A stretch of DNA of 64,000 bases from Gammaproteobacteria bacterium (GTDB lineage Bacteria > Pseudomonadota > Gammaproteobacteria > Eutrophobiales > Eutrophobiaceae). The stretch's first letter is position 1. Each line of letters starts with the position of its first letter. The translations under genes were made by a program, and so were the position numbers. The notes under the pieces are model-generated. The model saw only the letters and a list, made by a program, of their open reading frames with translations, made no database searches and was not told where the DNA came from. The DNA lies in NCBI GenBank assembly GCA_965215365.1, contig CBDCDS010000003.1, positions 2,176,001 through 2,240,000 of the forward strand, given 5' to 3'. Positions 29,355-38,962 of the stretch are shown one piece after another.

Positions 29355-30480
29355 CCAACCGCTGTGGCTTTTGGCTGAGCTCACCTACCGATGTCCATTG
29401 CAGTGTCCCTACTGCTCGAACCCGGTGGAGATCGCCCAATACAATAATGAACTGGGCACCGAGGACTGGCTCAGGGTGTTGCAGCAGGCACGCAAGATGG
29501 GCGCCACCCAGCTGGGCTTCTCCGGCGGAGAACCGTTGGTACGGCGCGACCTAGAAGAGCTCATCGGCGAGGCGCGACGCCTGGGTTACTACACCAACCT
29601 GATCACTTCCGGGATAGGTATGGATCGGGACCGGGTCAAGGCCTTTAAGGAAGCGGGGCTGGACCATATCCAGATCAGCTTCCAAGCCAGTAATGAAGAA
29701 CTGAACAATTTCCTGGGCGGCAGCAAAAGTTTCCGCCACAAGCAGGAGATGGCCAGGGTGGTGAAGGAGTTTGAATATCCCATGGTGCTGAACATCGTGC
29801 TGCATCGGAAAAATGTGGATCAGATCCGAGACATTCTGGACATGACGGTGGAGTTGAACGCCGATTACGTGGAGCTGGCCAGCACCCAGTATTACGGCTG
29901 GTCGCGGGTCAATATCGAGCAGTTGTTGCCCACCCGGGAGCAACTGGCCCGAGCTGAAGCGGTGACCAGAGAGTATCAGGAAAAGATGAAGGAGAAGATG
30001 AAAATCATCTACGTGATCCCGGATTATTTCGAGAACCGCCCCAAGGCCTGCATGAATGGCTGGGGTGCCGTCTTCCTGACCATCGCCCCGGACGGCAGCG
30101 CCCTGCCCTGCCACGCTGCGGCGCAGTTGCCGGGACTGGAATTTCCCAATGTGAAGGAGCACAGTATCGACTACATCTGGAACGACTCCGATGCCTTCAA
30201 CAGGTATCGTGGCTTTGACTGGATGCAGGAACCGTGCCGCAGCTGCCCGGAAAAGGAAAAAGACTTCGGCGGCTGCCGCTGTCAGGCTTACATGCTCACC
30301 GGTGATGCCACCAACGCCGACCCGGTCTGTGATAAATCACCGCACCATGGCACGCTGCACGCCGATGTGGAGCGCATCGGCGGCTTGTCCGGCACGAAAG
30401 AATTTGAAAGCAAGCCGCTGGTATTCAGGAATATGCGCAATTCCAAAGAGTTGAGCAGGGAAACAGCTACTGCGGTGTGA
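29329..30480 (+). CDS. pqqE: PqqA peptide cyclase (radical SAM/SPASM)
   Basis: [36 protein letters not shown]. Confidence 0.97.
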   Translation: MAGSDTKRSQPLWLLAELTYRCPLQCPYCSNPVEIAQYNNELGTEDWLRVLQQARKMGATQLGFSGGEPLVRRDLEELIGEARRLGYYTNLITSGIGMDRDRVKAFKEAGLDHIQISFQASNEELNNFLGGSKSFRHKQEMARVVKEFEYPMVLNIVLHRKNVDQIRDILDMTVELNADYVELASTQYYGWSRVNIEQLLPTREQLARAEAVTREYQEKMKEKMKIIYVIPDYFENRPKACMNGWGAVFLTIAPDGSALPCHAAAQLPGLEFPNVKEHSIDYIWNDSDAFNRYRGFDWMQEPCRSCPEKEKDFGGCRCQAYMLTGDATNADPVCDKSPHHGTLHADVERIGGLSGTKEFESKPLVFRNMRNSKELSRETATAV

Positions 30481-31303
30481 CCCCCCGTCTTGCAACCAGC
30501 GCCCAGGCCACATCCAGGGCCTGGCGGTTTGCCGTTACGTCGTGTACGCGCAAGATGTTGACACCGGCGAAGACGCCGATGGTGGTAGTAGCGCAGGTGG
30601 CGCCCACCAGTTCGCGATAGCGGGTTATGTCACAAATGGAACCCATGAAGCGTTTGCGACTGGCACCTAACAGCACCTTGTAGCCGGTGGCGGTGAAACT
30701 GTCTAGGTTCAAGATGAGGTCCAGGTTGTCGCGCTTGGATTTGCCGAAGCCGATACCCGGGTCGATGACCAGATTTTCCGGCCTGACGCCGGCCACCATG
30801 GCAGCCTCGGCGCGCGCCAGCAGGAACGTCCTGATTTCTGCCACCACATCGTCGTAATGCGGGTTGTCCTGCATGGTGCCGGGCGTTCCCTGCATGTGCA
30901 TGATGATATACGGCACGCCAGCCTCGGCGACCAATCTGAACATATCGGGGTCGTCGCGTCCCGCCGCCACATCGTTGACGAGGCTTGCGCCCTGTTCCAG
31001 CGCAGCACCGGCGACCCGGGTTGAGGTCGTGTCGATACTGATGGGGATGTGCGCCGGCAGTTGTTGTTGCAAGGCCTTGATGACCGGTAGCACGCGCGGT
31101 AACTGTTCCGCCGCCGTCACGCGCGTGGCGCCAGGGCGGGTGGACTCACCACCGATATCGATGATATCCGCGCCTTGTTCCACCATCTGCAAGGCGTGGG
31201 CTATGGCCGCGTCCCGGCCATGATACAACCCACCATCGGAAAAACTGTCTGGAGTCACGTTCAGTATCCCCATGAGCAGTGGCTTAGCCAGGTTGCCGGA
31301 CAT
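30467..31303 (-). CDS. folP: Dihydropteroate synthase
   Basis: [45 protein letters not shown]. Confidence 0.96.
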   Translation of the reverse strand: MSGNLAKPLLMGILNVTPDSFSDGGLYHGRDAAIAHALQMVEQGADIIDIGGESTRPGATRVTAAEQLPRVLPVIKALQQQLPAHIPISIDTTSTRVAGAALEQGASLVNDVAAGRDDPDMFRLVAEAGVPYIIMHMQGTPGTMQDNPHYDDVVAEIRTFLLARAEAAMVAGVRPENLVIDPGIGFGKSKRDNLDLILNLDSFTATGYKVLLGASRKRFMGSICDITRYRELVGATCATTTIGVFAGVNILRVHDVTANRQALDVAWALVARRGVTPQ

Positions 31304-31321
31304 TCAACTTAACCGGCAATA

Positions 31322-32275
31322 TCAGGTTGCAAGAGTACCAGCAAACTCATCGGTCGCAGTCACCAGCGCATCCGTCATAACGGCCTCGCCGGCCAGGTGC
31401 CCGCCTTCCCGGACGATCACCAGTTCCGCATCCGGGCGCGCCCGATGTAACGACCAGGATGTGTCCAGAGTGCAGGTCAGGTCGCGGCGACCGTGAATAA
31501 TCCGCATCGGCACGGCTGGAAGCAGGGCTGCGTTATCCAGAATTTGATTCTCCGCAATAAAGTAGCGATGTTTTGCGTAATGGGTCTCTATCAGCACCTC
31601 GCAAACCGTCTTATCAACATTGCTCGGCGTATAATCCTCCACGCCCGGTAACAGGTAAGTCACCAGCCGCCCCGCCCATTGCGACCAGGCCAGGGCTGCG
31701 GCCTCCCGTATTTTTTTATCAGAACCATGCACACGGGTATGGTAGGCCGTCACCAGATCGTCCCGCTCGGCTGGTGGAATGAGTTCGGTAAACTCCTGCC
31801 AGTAGTCGGGGAAGATCATGCCGGCACCCTGTCCGGCGAACCAGTCCAGGTCCTTCTGCCGGGCCAGAAATGTACCGCGCAGGATCAGGCCGAGCACCCG
31901 TGACGGGTATGACTGTGCATACAGCAACCCCAGGGTGGCACCCCAGGAACCGCCGAATACCAGCCACTGTTCTATACCCAGGTGCGCCCTGATGTGCTCA
32001 ATATCCTGCAGCAGCGCCGGGGTGGAATTGTTACGGGTCTCACCCGCCGGCGCGGAACGGTTACAGCCGCGCTGGTCAAACAATACCACCCGGTATTTTT
32101 TCGGATTGAAGTAACGCCGGTGGTTCTCATTGCACCCCGAACCGGGCCCGCCGTGCAGGAAGATAACCGGAATGCCACGCGGGTTGCCGGCTTCCTCGGC
32201 ATAGACGGTATGCACTTCGTCCACTTGCAGGTGGTAGCGCTGCAACGCGTCGATTGAGGGATACAGTTCTCGCAT
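31322..32275 (-). CDS. pip: Proline iminopeptidase
   Basis: LHGGPGSG, FDQRGC, FGGSWG, HGRRD, GGH. Confidence 0.93.
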   Translation of the reverse strand: MRELYPSIDALQRYHLQVDEVHTVYAEEAGNPRGIPVIFLHGGPGSGCNENHRRYFNPKKYRVVLFDQRGCNRSAPAGETRNNSTPALLQDIEHIRAHLGIEQWLVFGGSWGATLGLLYAQSYPSRVLGLILRGTFLARQKDLDWFAGQGAGMIFPDYWQEFTELIPPAERDDLVTAYHTRVHGSDKKIREAAALAWSQWAGRLVTYLLPGVEDYTPSNVDKTVCEVLIETHYAKHRYFIAENQILDNAALLPAVPMRIIHGRRDLTCTLDTSWSLHRARPDAELVIVREGGHLAGEAVMTDALVTATDEFAGTLAT

Positions 32276-32337
32276 GGAAGTCCGGTTTCGCAGGAAGGTT
32301 TCGCAGGAGGCTGGGCAGGTATTGAGCCGGACCGAAC

Positions 32338-33294
32338 TTATATCTCGCCGAGAATCTGTTCCCGTTTCTGCTGGTATTCCTCGGCGCTGATCAGTTCCTT
32401 GTCGCGTAACTCTTGTAGCGTCAGCAGCCTTTGTTCAGGTGTTTGGCCGGACGCCGCCGCGTTCGAAGATTGCATCTCTTTACGCATTCTGGCCATTTCC
32501 AGACGCATTTCCCGCCGCTCGCGCGCCAGCCTGGCAGCCTCAGCCTGCATGGCCGTGCCAGTCCCGGTCTGTTGCGGCGCAGTCTGACTTGCTTTTTCCG
32601 CCAGATACACCGTTGCGGCTTGCTCGATGTCTATTGCTATCCAGTCCCGGCGCGCTTTCTGCCCATCCATATATGGTTCAACGCCGGCCCGAGCGACGAT
32701 GGAACCCTTAAAACCAACCGGTTTAGCGCGGCGACCATGTTTGAAATATTGCCTTGTTTCCATAACGCCATGACTCTTCTCAACCGTTTCCTTAAACCGG
32801 TCGCCCTGATGGTTATAATCGCCGATGATGAGATGCAATTTGTCGTTCAGGTAGAACGCCCGTCCTCCCGTGTAACCCCTGTTCTGAATAACACGGTACT
32901 TCCTTTCCGAACGCGCCAGCACAAAAACGATATCCTGGTCGGGTCTGGCTTTGGCCAAACCGGCGCTGAGGTACTGCCCAAGCAGGCGCGACTGTTGCAG
33001 GGAAAACAGCGAGTTGAGTTGTTTTTTCTTGAACAGGCCACCACCGCTCCAGGTCTCAAGCCCTTCAAGCGCGCCGGTAACCTGAGCGGTGCTCAACTGC
33101 ACCGGATGCTGGTTCGGCGGTGTCACATCCTGTTTCGACCGGTCCTGGTCCGTCAAGCGAATATACAGGTTGGCGCCGGACTTCCACAACACCTCGTCAT
33201 TAGCACCGAAGTTGGGCAGTAAATCGGCCTGACTAATGCCTGTGAGTAAGTATATGAATAAACACAGCAGGCTGGTTTTGGTGAAGCTTTTCAT
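32338..33294 (-). CDS. Exported protein with C-terminal coiled coil and SHOCT-like domain
   Basis: Signal peptide MKSFTKTSLLCLFIYLLTGISQA; ends EQRLLTLQELRDKELISAEEYQQKREQIL. Confidence 0.8.
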   Translation of the reverse strand: MKSFTKTSLLCLFIYLLTGISQADLLPNFGANDEVLWKSGANLYIRLTDQDRSKQDVTPPNQHPVQLSTAQVTGALEGLETWSGGGLFKKKQLNSLFSLQQSRLLGQYLSAGLAKARPDQDIVFVLARSERKYRVIQNRGYTGGRAFYLNDKLHLIIGDYNHQGDRFKETVEKSHGVMETRQYFKHGRRAKPVGFKGSIVARAGVEPYMDGQKARRDWIAIDIEQAATVYLAEKASQTAPQQTGTGTAMQAEAARLARERREMRLEMARMRKEMQSSNAAASGQTPEQRLLTLQELRDKELISAEEYQQKREQILGEI

Positions 33295-33400
33295 TGAGAT
33301 TGCAGAGCAGTATGGATGCGGAGCATGATAGCACAGTTTTATGCTTACAGTGCTCCCTGATAGAATTTCCCAATATGAAATGAGCCTGAAGGACAGACGC

Positions 33401-33445
33401 TTGACGTAACCGAAAAAATAGACTAAGTTTACCAGACCAAGTTTG
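33401..33445 (+). promoter_or_regulatory. Promoter/operator of Phd-VapC operon
   Basis: TTGACG-17 bp-TAAGTT with AGAC(T/C)AAGTTT direct repeats. Confidence 0.5.
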
Positions 33446-33456
33446 ATAGAGACAAT

Positions 33457-33702
33457 ATGCGCACTGTCAATATACACGAAGCCAAGACCCATCTTTCGCG
33501 TCTCATCCAGACCGCCGCCGATGGCGAACCGTTTATTATCGCCCGTGCCGGCAAGCCGATGGTCAAAGTCAGCGCAGTGACTGCTTCGGAGTCCGGGGCT
33601 ATACGTCGCACCGGGTTTCTGGCAGGCAGGATATCAGTCCCTCCTGATTTTGATCGTATGGGATTGCTCGAGATTGAGGCGCTGTTTGAAGACAACGCGT
33701 GA
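33457..33702 (+). CDS. Phd/YefM family antitoxin
   Basis: VNIHEAKTHLSRLI..GEPFIIARAGKP. Confidence 0.93.
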   Translation: MRTVNIHEAKTHLSRLIQTAADGEPFIIARAGKPMVKVSAVTASESGAIRRTGFLAGRISVPPDFDRMGLLEIEALFEDNA

Positions 33703-34085
33703 GTGTTCTTCTTGATACTCATATCCTGCTTTGGGCTGCGGGAGCGCCAGAGCGGTTGCCGCCCGATACCCGCCTGCTGATTGAAAATCCGTCCACGGAA
33801 CTGATCTTCAGCGCCGCGTCGCTTTGGGAGATCACCATCAAAAACAGTTTGGCGCGCGCTGACTTCAACGTTGATGCACGCCTGCTGCGGCGAAAATTAT
33901 TGGAGAATGACTACACAGAGTTGGCCGTAACCAGTGCCCATGCAGTGGCAGTGGACTTGCTACCACCGATTCATAAAGATCCCTTCGATCGCATTCTGAT
34001 CGCTCAGGCTCAGGCTGAAATGGTGACACTGTTGACGGCGGATGAAATTATGGGGCGCTACCCGGGCCCTGTCCGGTTGATCTGA
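33699..34085 (+). CDS. PIN-domain toxin (VapC family)
   Basis: LLDTHILLW, SAASLWEI, HKDPFDRILIAQA. Confidence 0.94.
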   Translation: MSVLLDTHILLWAAGAPERLPPDTRLLIENPSTELIFSAASLWEITIKNSLARADFNVDARLLRRKLLENDYTELAVTSAHAVAVDLLPPIHKDPFDRILIAQAQAEMVTLLTADEIMGRYPGPVRLI

Positions 34086-34092
34086 CTACCAA

Positions 34093-34311
34093 TCACCTTG
34101 TAAAAACCAGATAGTTGGCAAACTCATCAAATTCCGAAACTTTCACCCTGAACGGAAGGAAAAGAAGTACTAATCCGATGCGAGGTTGTGAGTAATTGCC
34201 CCTGTGCGCCATTCGTTCGCGCAGCTCTGTTCCCATTGCGTTGAGTTTCGGCATGATCAACCCGGCTAAAACCAGGCCTGTGCCGATTATGCTGTAAAAT
34301 TCAGGGCTCAT
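34093..34311 (-). pseudogene. Truncated TM + coiled-coil family member
   Basis: MSPEFYSIIGTGLVLAGLI...ELRERMA followed by unrelated sequence. Confidence 0.5.
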
Positions 34312-34373
34312 TTTCCTGTCTCCCTATTTCTGCCTGACGCTTCAGTTAAAATTGTCAGGCCTGATCAATAAAA

Positions 34374-34416
34374 ACAAGGGGCAATACACAGATGTTGCCC
34401 CTTGTTCGTTACAATT
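34374..34416 (-). terminator. Intrinsic terminator of porin gene
   Basis: ACAAGGGGCAA..TTGCCCCTTGT stem followed by T-run on minus strand. Confidence 0.8.
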
Positions 34417-34454
34417 TACAGACGTCGCTCCACTCGAGTCCTTAGCTCAGAGAG

Positions 34455-35687
34455 TTACCAGAGCAGGAAGCCACCGATGGAGAAGGTGTCAACATCTTTC
34501 TGGTTCAGTATGGTGTGATCATAGTTGCCATACTCAGCGATGACCTTCAGCCAGGAATTAACGTCATGGTAAACACCAACGGTCCAAAGTGAACCCTCAT
34601 GGGGGTTAATGCCATACGTCATGTTGGCATCCTGCCTGGACTCACCGTAGCCGCCACCAATCTTGGTTGCGCCATTGAAGGTATAGCTGGCCTGCACATA
34701 GAAGCCATCGTTATCAGCCTCGGTACAGCCCATAGCATGGCAGTTAAAGCCGAACCCGCCACCACTATTGTGCAGAATAACGCCTAATGCTTCACCATCA
34801 TAATATTGACCGGTAATGCCAAACCCCTGGGCAGAAACCTCGGCACCGATATTCCAGCCTACAGTCTCTATATCTCCCTCGCCGCCTGCTGGAGAACCGG
34901 TAATTTCCTGCTCCTGCCAGATAAACCCGGCCCAGCCGCTGAAATTACCGCCTTCAAATGCGGAGTTGAAAGTGGCCTCCGCCTGGAATTGAGGCGTATC
35001 CGTCTCGGAAAACCAACCAGCCGCAGTACCAAGCAGTCCACCCGGCTCCTGCGGATCAAAAATACCCACAGACAACTGGAAGCCATTCATATCCGGAGTC
35101 TGGTAAACAATACGGGTGCGGAAATCAGGATAGACATAGCCGTAACCGATACGACCCAGGCCGGTACCGCTGCCATCCGGCCCCGCCAAAGCACCCATGC
35201 CAAACAGAGTGATATCCTTTAGGATAGACTGGCGCCCGAACAGTGCCAAGGTGCGACCCACGCTGATGGTGCCAAAATCACCGGCTACATTGAAGAAAAC
35301 TTCGCGCATATCAATATTCGAGTCAGTGCCAAACGTCCCGTTTTTATTCAGCCTGCCTCTTTTGTTGTTGGAAGAGTCCACCGCAAAAGTAATCTGGCCG
35401 GTGCCGGTCAGACCGTTGACTTCAGGAGACTTGACTGTCATGGTGTGAAAAGCTGGCAATAGACCCTCGTTCAGATGGGCACTGTCTTCGCTTGTGTTAC
35501 CGGCAGCGTCGGGGGCAATCCACTCAAAATCACTCTGCGTATAAAACAGGTTGATAAAGCCGCCGTAGCTGACTTCCCAACCGTCGGCGCCGCCCAGAAC
35601 TACTGCTGCATTGGTGGGCAGGCTGAGAACGCCAGCCAGCGCCAATGTGCTCAGAGCAGTTACGAGCTTGGTTGTGTGTCGTTTCAT
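34455..35687 (-). CDS. Outer membrane porin
   Basis: Signal peptide, amphipathic beta-strands, IGYGYVYPDF, C-terminal aromatic W; strong RBS and terminator. Confidence 0.88.
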   Translation of the reverse strand: MKRHTTKLVTALSTLALAGVLSLPTNAAVVLGGADGWEVSYGGFINLFYTQSDFEWIAPDAAGNTSEDSAHLNEGLLPAFHTMTVKSPEVNGLTGTGQITFAVDSSNNKRGRLNKNGTFGTDSNIDMREVFFNVAGDFGTISVGRTLALFGRQSILKDITLFGMGALAGPDGSGTGLGRIGYGYVYPDFRTRIVYQTPDMNGFQLSVGIFDPQEPGGLLGTAAGWFSETDTPQFQAEATFNSAFEGGNFSGWAGFIWQEQEITGSPAGGEGDIETVGWNIGAEVSAQGFGITGQYYDGEALGVILHNSGGGFGFNCHAMGCTEADNDGFYVQASYTFNGATKIGGGYGESRQDANMTYGINPHEGSLWTVGVYHDVNSWLKVIAEYGNYDHTILNQKDVDTFSIGGFLLW

Positions 35688-35896
35688 CAAATCTCCTCCT
35701 CTGGGAAAAGTAGTGAGTGAAAGGTGTTATCCGAATTTTTCGCGTCTCTGGTCCGGGTGTTATCTAAATCCGGAGGGTATAGCATAGTTGAACAAATTGC
35801 AACATGTTTAAGACACTTTTACAACGCTTTTTTCAATTTTTGGGCTTTTTCAGGTTTTATTGTTTCTTTAATGCAACAAGCGCCAACAAAGACGGG

Positions 35897-36060
35897 CTAT
35901 TGCTCTACCACGGCCTCCTCGGTTCGCCTGCTCAGCAAACCGTGAATAAAGGCCACTTCTTTTTCCACGGTTGCCAGCCTTCGCTCCAGGATTACCTGTC
36001 CCTTCTCCAGAGTTATGTGTATGTGTTCCTTAGCTCAGATCCGTCCCGGACAATATACAC
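35897..36060 (-). pseudogene. Degenerate coiled-coil family remnant
   Basis: TLEKGQVILERRLATVEKEVAFIHGLL resembles [17 protein letters not shown] at 16578; no in-frame start. Confidence 0.35.
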
Positions 36061-36105
36061 AAATCGGGATCAGGTTGCCACTTTTTTCGACTCACTTTCT
36101 TCGAC

Positions 36106-36384
36106 TCACCCTCCGCCCCGTTGATACGCCAGATCAAAGCGTTTCAGGAAAGCTTCCTGCTCAGATGGGTTGCAGTCGTGGAATTCCATGGTGACGGTTG
36201 TTACGGGAAATTCCAGCAGGCCGAGTTGTCTGGTGGTTTCCGGGGCCAGGGTGATTGTTACCCGACCGGCTGTTGTTTTGATAGTGAGGCGGTTGTCGCG
36301 CCGGCTAACGGACGCTCCCTGAACTGCAAGTGGCAACAGGCGCAAGAATTCCTTGTGAGTGATGCTCATTTCCCGGGTTAACAT
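36106..36384 (-). CDS. Hypothetical protein
   Basis: 92-aa ORF REMSITHKEFLRLLP...FLKRFDLAYQRGGG. Confidence 0.7.
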   Translation of the reverse strand: MLTREMSITHKEFLRLLPLAVQGASVSRRDNRLTIKTTAGRVTITLAPETTRQLGLLEFPVTTVTMEFHDCNPSEQEAFLKRFDLAYQRGGG

Positions 36385-36583
36385 TTTATTCGCGCCCCCC
36401 GATCAAGGAGATAAAGCGGGGAGCTTTACAATCCAGCGAGAACGCATCTTTCAGCGGTTAGCGACAAACTCATCAACGGTGAGGCCGGCAGCTCTGAGCA
36501 GACTCCTCAAAGTTCCTTTGGCAACTTCCTTGTGATCCGGCACAGACAGTGTTGCCATCTCTCCTTCCTTCGTCAAAACGTAA

Positions 36584-38101
36584 CTACTCGCCCCCCTTAC
36601 CCTGATCTTTTGTTCTGATCTGGTTTTTCTTAACCGTTTTATTTTTGAGCGGTTTTTCCACCATGGTGGCGGCGTCTCCCTTGAGTGCTATCTCGATGGC
36701 GGCGAGGGGATTGTAGCCCTTCAGGGTCATAGACTGCAAGTAGCTGGAGATGCGGCAGTAGGTGTCGGCGTAGGCGGTGGTTCGGAAGCAGCCGGAGACT
36801 TTTTGTTTGACTTTAGCCATACGGATATCGCGTTCGGCGCGGTTGTTGGTGAACGGCACGTTGGGGTCGCGGGCGAAGCGGAGGACTTCGGTTTCGTACT
36901 TGACGAGGGCATCATGGAGGTTTTGTGCCTCACATTGGGCAATCCGTCCGCGTTGGCCGGTGAGCCGTTTCGGGGGTGTGGGGAGTTCCCGTTTGGCTTG
37001 TGTCAGGATAGTCCGGTAGCGGGTGCGCAGGGACTGGTAGTCGGTCTCGCTGAGTGCCTTGTTTTTATGTGTGCGCACCTGTCGGCAGGTCTTGAGCAGG
37101 AGGCGGCTCATACGTTGGGCCCAGGCATGGCCGTGGGCGTCCTCGATAAAGGCCAAGTTACGCAACAGGTGACTGCCGCACAGGGCATGCTCGCAGTTGT
37201 CATAGGCGAAGTAGCTGGCCCAGCGGTCGTGCACGAGAACACCGCCGTAGCGGGGGACGATGCCGATGTCCTTGAGGGCGTCCCCGCCCCGCTTGCGGTG
37301 GCAGTGTTTCAGTACCAGGTTCCCGGCACTGGTGCTGTGCAGCCAGTGTTGTGTGCGGTCGATGCGCAAGGAGGTCTCATCGGCGTGCAGCACGGGCTCT
37401 GTGAGCAGGCGGGCGATAGCCGCCCGCTCCCACCCGGCCAGGGCCTCATGCACCCGCGTGAGCCAGGCCAGTAAGGTCGCCTCGGCGACGGCGCGCCCGG
37501 TCAGTGCATGAAGTGTCTGCGCCGTACGTTTGAGCGAGAGCATTTGGGCCGTTAACAGGTGCGTGGCGAAAGCCACGATGCCAGGGCCGTATTGTAAAGG
37601 CCCCGGCATGTCATCGGGAAACGCCCCGTGGGTCTCAGTGCCACAGCGCGGACAGGTTTTTATCTCGGCGTCAATGGTCAACTCGGTCGTCTCGAAGACT
37701 ATATCGACCTTGACTCGTCGCACATGGCCGGTGGGGGCGGTGCCTTTGAGATCATGCCCGCAGGCCCGGCAGCCGGTCACGGGCACCGTGCGGGTCTGAG
37801 CCACCACGCGCCGGGACGCGCTGGGCACCGTCCCGGTCTGCGGCCCCTTGCCCTGCTTGCCGGGCCGTGTGCGCGCACTGTCATCGGGGTCGGTGCGGGA
37901 ACTGGGCAGGCTGGAGTTGTGCGCCCCCTTCGGTGTGGTCTTCTCTAAGAACACCGCCAGCAGCAACTCGAATAGCAGCAACATCGACTCGAACAGCGCA
38001 CGCCCTTCGGGACTCAGCGCGCCGTCGGCGCACAACGCCTTAAAACGCATTCGGATGGCCTCGAACTCCGCACGCAATGAGGCCTTGTTCACCGTGGCCA
38101 T
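36584..38101 (-). CDS. IS66-family DDE transposase (ISBst12-like, no tnpA/tnpB)
   Basis: NSSLPSS, CxxC..CxxC zinc finger, LHADETS, VHD, CGSHLLRNL, PFTNNRAERDIRMAKVKQKVSGCFR. Confidence 0.95.
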   Translation of the reverse strand: MATVNKASLRAEFEAIRMRFKALCADGALSPEGRALFESMLLLFELLLAVFLEKTTPKGAHNSSLPSSRTDPDDSARTRPGKQGKGPQTGTVPSASRRVVAQTRTVPVTGCRACGHDLKGTAPTGHVRRVKVDIVFETTELTIDAEIKTCPRCGTETHGAFPDDMPGPLQYGPGIVAFATHLLTAQMLSLKRTAQTLHALTGRAVAEATLLAWLTRVHEALAGWERAAIARLLTEPVLHADETSLRIDRTQHWLHSTSAGNLVLKHCHRKRGGDALKDIGIVPRYGGVLVHDRWASYFAYDNCEHALCGSHLLRNLAFIEDAHGHAWAQRMSRLLLKTCRQVRTHKNKALSETDYQSLRTRYRTILTQAKRELPTPPKRLTGQRGRIAQCEAQNLHDALVKYETEVLRFARDPNVPFTNNRAERDIRMAKVKQKVSGCFRTTAYADTYCRISSYLQSMTLKGYNPLAAIEIALKGDAATMVEKPLKNKTVKKNQIRTKDQGKGGE

Positions 38102-38769
38102 GTGCACTGTGCCTCCACCGCCATCATCGCCGCCAGCACCGCCAGCCGCTCGGCCGGGGGCAAGTCACGATAACGCCGCCCCCAGTTCTCAGCCTTGCGC
38201 TTGACCTGCTGGCGGTGCGTGAAGTTGCGCCCCGCATAGCGCACCCAGTGCACCCGGTCCGGCACAAAATTGAACCAGACCCGCTCGGTCACCACCCCGC
38301 CCTGATTCATCACCTGCAAGGACACACTGCGCCAGCCCGCCAGCACCTCATCATACAAGGCCGAAGGATACCCCGACACCATCACCGCACAGGGCAGCCC
38401 CTGCAGTAACGCCAGCAGCGCCTCATGGTCTGAGTCCTCGTAGTCATACCGGTAACGGTGCCGTGACTTGCGCGTGCTGTGCAGGTAGGGCGGGTCGCTG
38501 TACACCAACTCCGTGCCGTCAAACGGAAAAGTCGCCAACCAGCGGTGACAACACCCCTGCACCAACTCCACCGGATACCTACACGTAAACCCCGCCAACG
38601 CCCGCACATCAAGATCAATCCCAATGTTGCGCAACGCCGCCGGCTTGCGCTGCATAATCGCCCCGCCGCCTAAGTGTGTCTCAATGTACACACTGTGCGG
38701 CGGCATCATCGCAATGAGCGGCTGGCACAGACCCGTCGTGGCTTTCGACCCTCGGTACGCATTCCCCAT
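38089..38769 (-). CDS. Dam/D12-like N6-adenine DNA methyltransferase (IS passenger)
   Basis: YRGSK, PPHSVYIETHLGGG (motif I), GID, YSDPPY (motif IV), MVSGY; overlaps transposase start. Confidence 0.87.
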   Translation of the reverse strand: MGNAYRGSKATTGLCQPLIAMMPPHSVYIETHLGGGAIMQRKPAALRNIGIDLDVRALAGFTCRYPVELVQGCCHRWLATFPFDGTELVYSDPPYLHSTRKSRHRYRYDYEDSDHEALLALLQGLPCAVMVSGYPSALYDEVLAGWRSVSLQVMNQGGVVTERVWFNFVPDRVHWVRYAGRNFTHRQQVKRKAENWGRRYRDLPPAERLAVLAAMMAVEAQCTWPR

Positions 38770-38776
38770 GACGACC

Positions 38777-38819
38777 AACATAACGCCATGACGCTATGTT
38801 GTCAAGGACGCCTTGACAA
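38777..38819 (-). promoter_or_regulatory. IS-internal sigma70 promoter with overlapping palindrome
   Basis: TTGACA (38805-38800)-17 bp-TATGTT (38782-38777); TTGTCAAGG-ACG-CCTTGACAA palindrome 38799-38819. Confidence 0.65.
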
Positions 38820-38962
38820 AAAATTCAGTAGAATTAGAGGGAGGGGGCGAGTAGTTACGTCAAAACAATGTGGCTGCTTCTGCGCCGCGCCACACTCCAA
38901 CCCAGTCTCTTGAAAACTCGTACAACCTCTTGCCCGCTTAAAGCAGGCAACACCGGCATTAA

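Larger units (their letters stand above)
36580..38858 (-). mobile_element. IS66-family element (2279 bp) with passenger methyltransferase
   Basis: TIRs GTAACTACTCGCCCCC / GGGGGCGAGTAGTTAC; 8-bp target duplication GTCAAAAC at 36572-36579 and 38859-38866. Confidence 0.95.
36451..38959 (-). pseudogene. hicA: HicA toxin gene split by IS66
   Basis: 5' part 38959-38859 MPVLPALSGQEVVRVFKRLGWSVARRRSSHIVLT; 3' part KEGEMATLSVPDHKEVAKGTLRSLLRAAGLTVDEFVANR* ending 36451. Confidence 0.92.
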
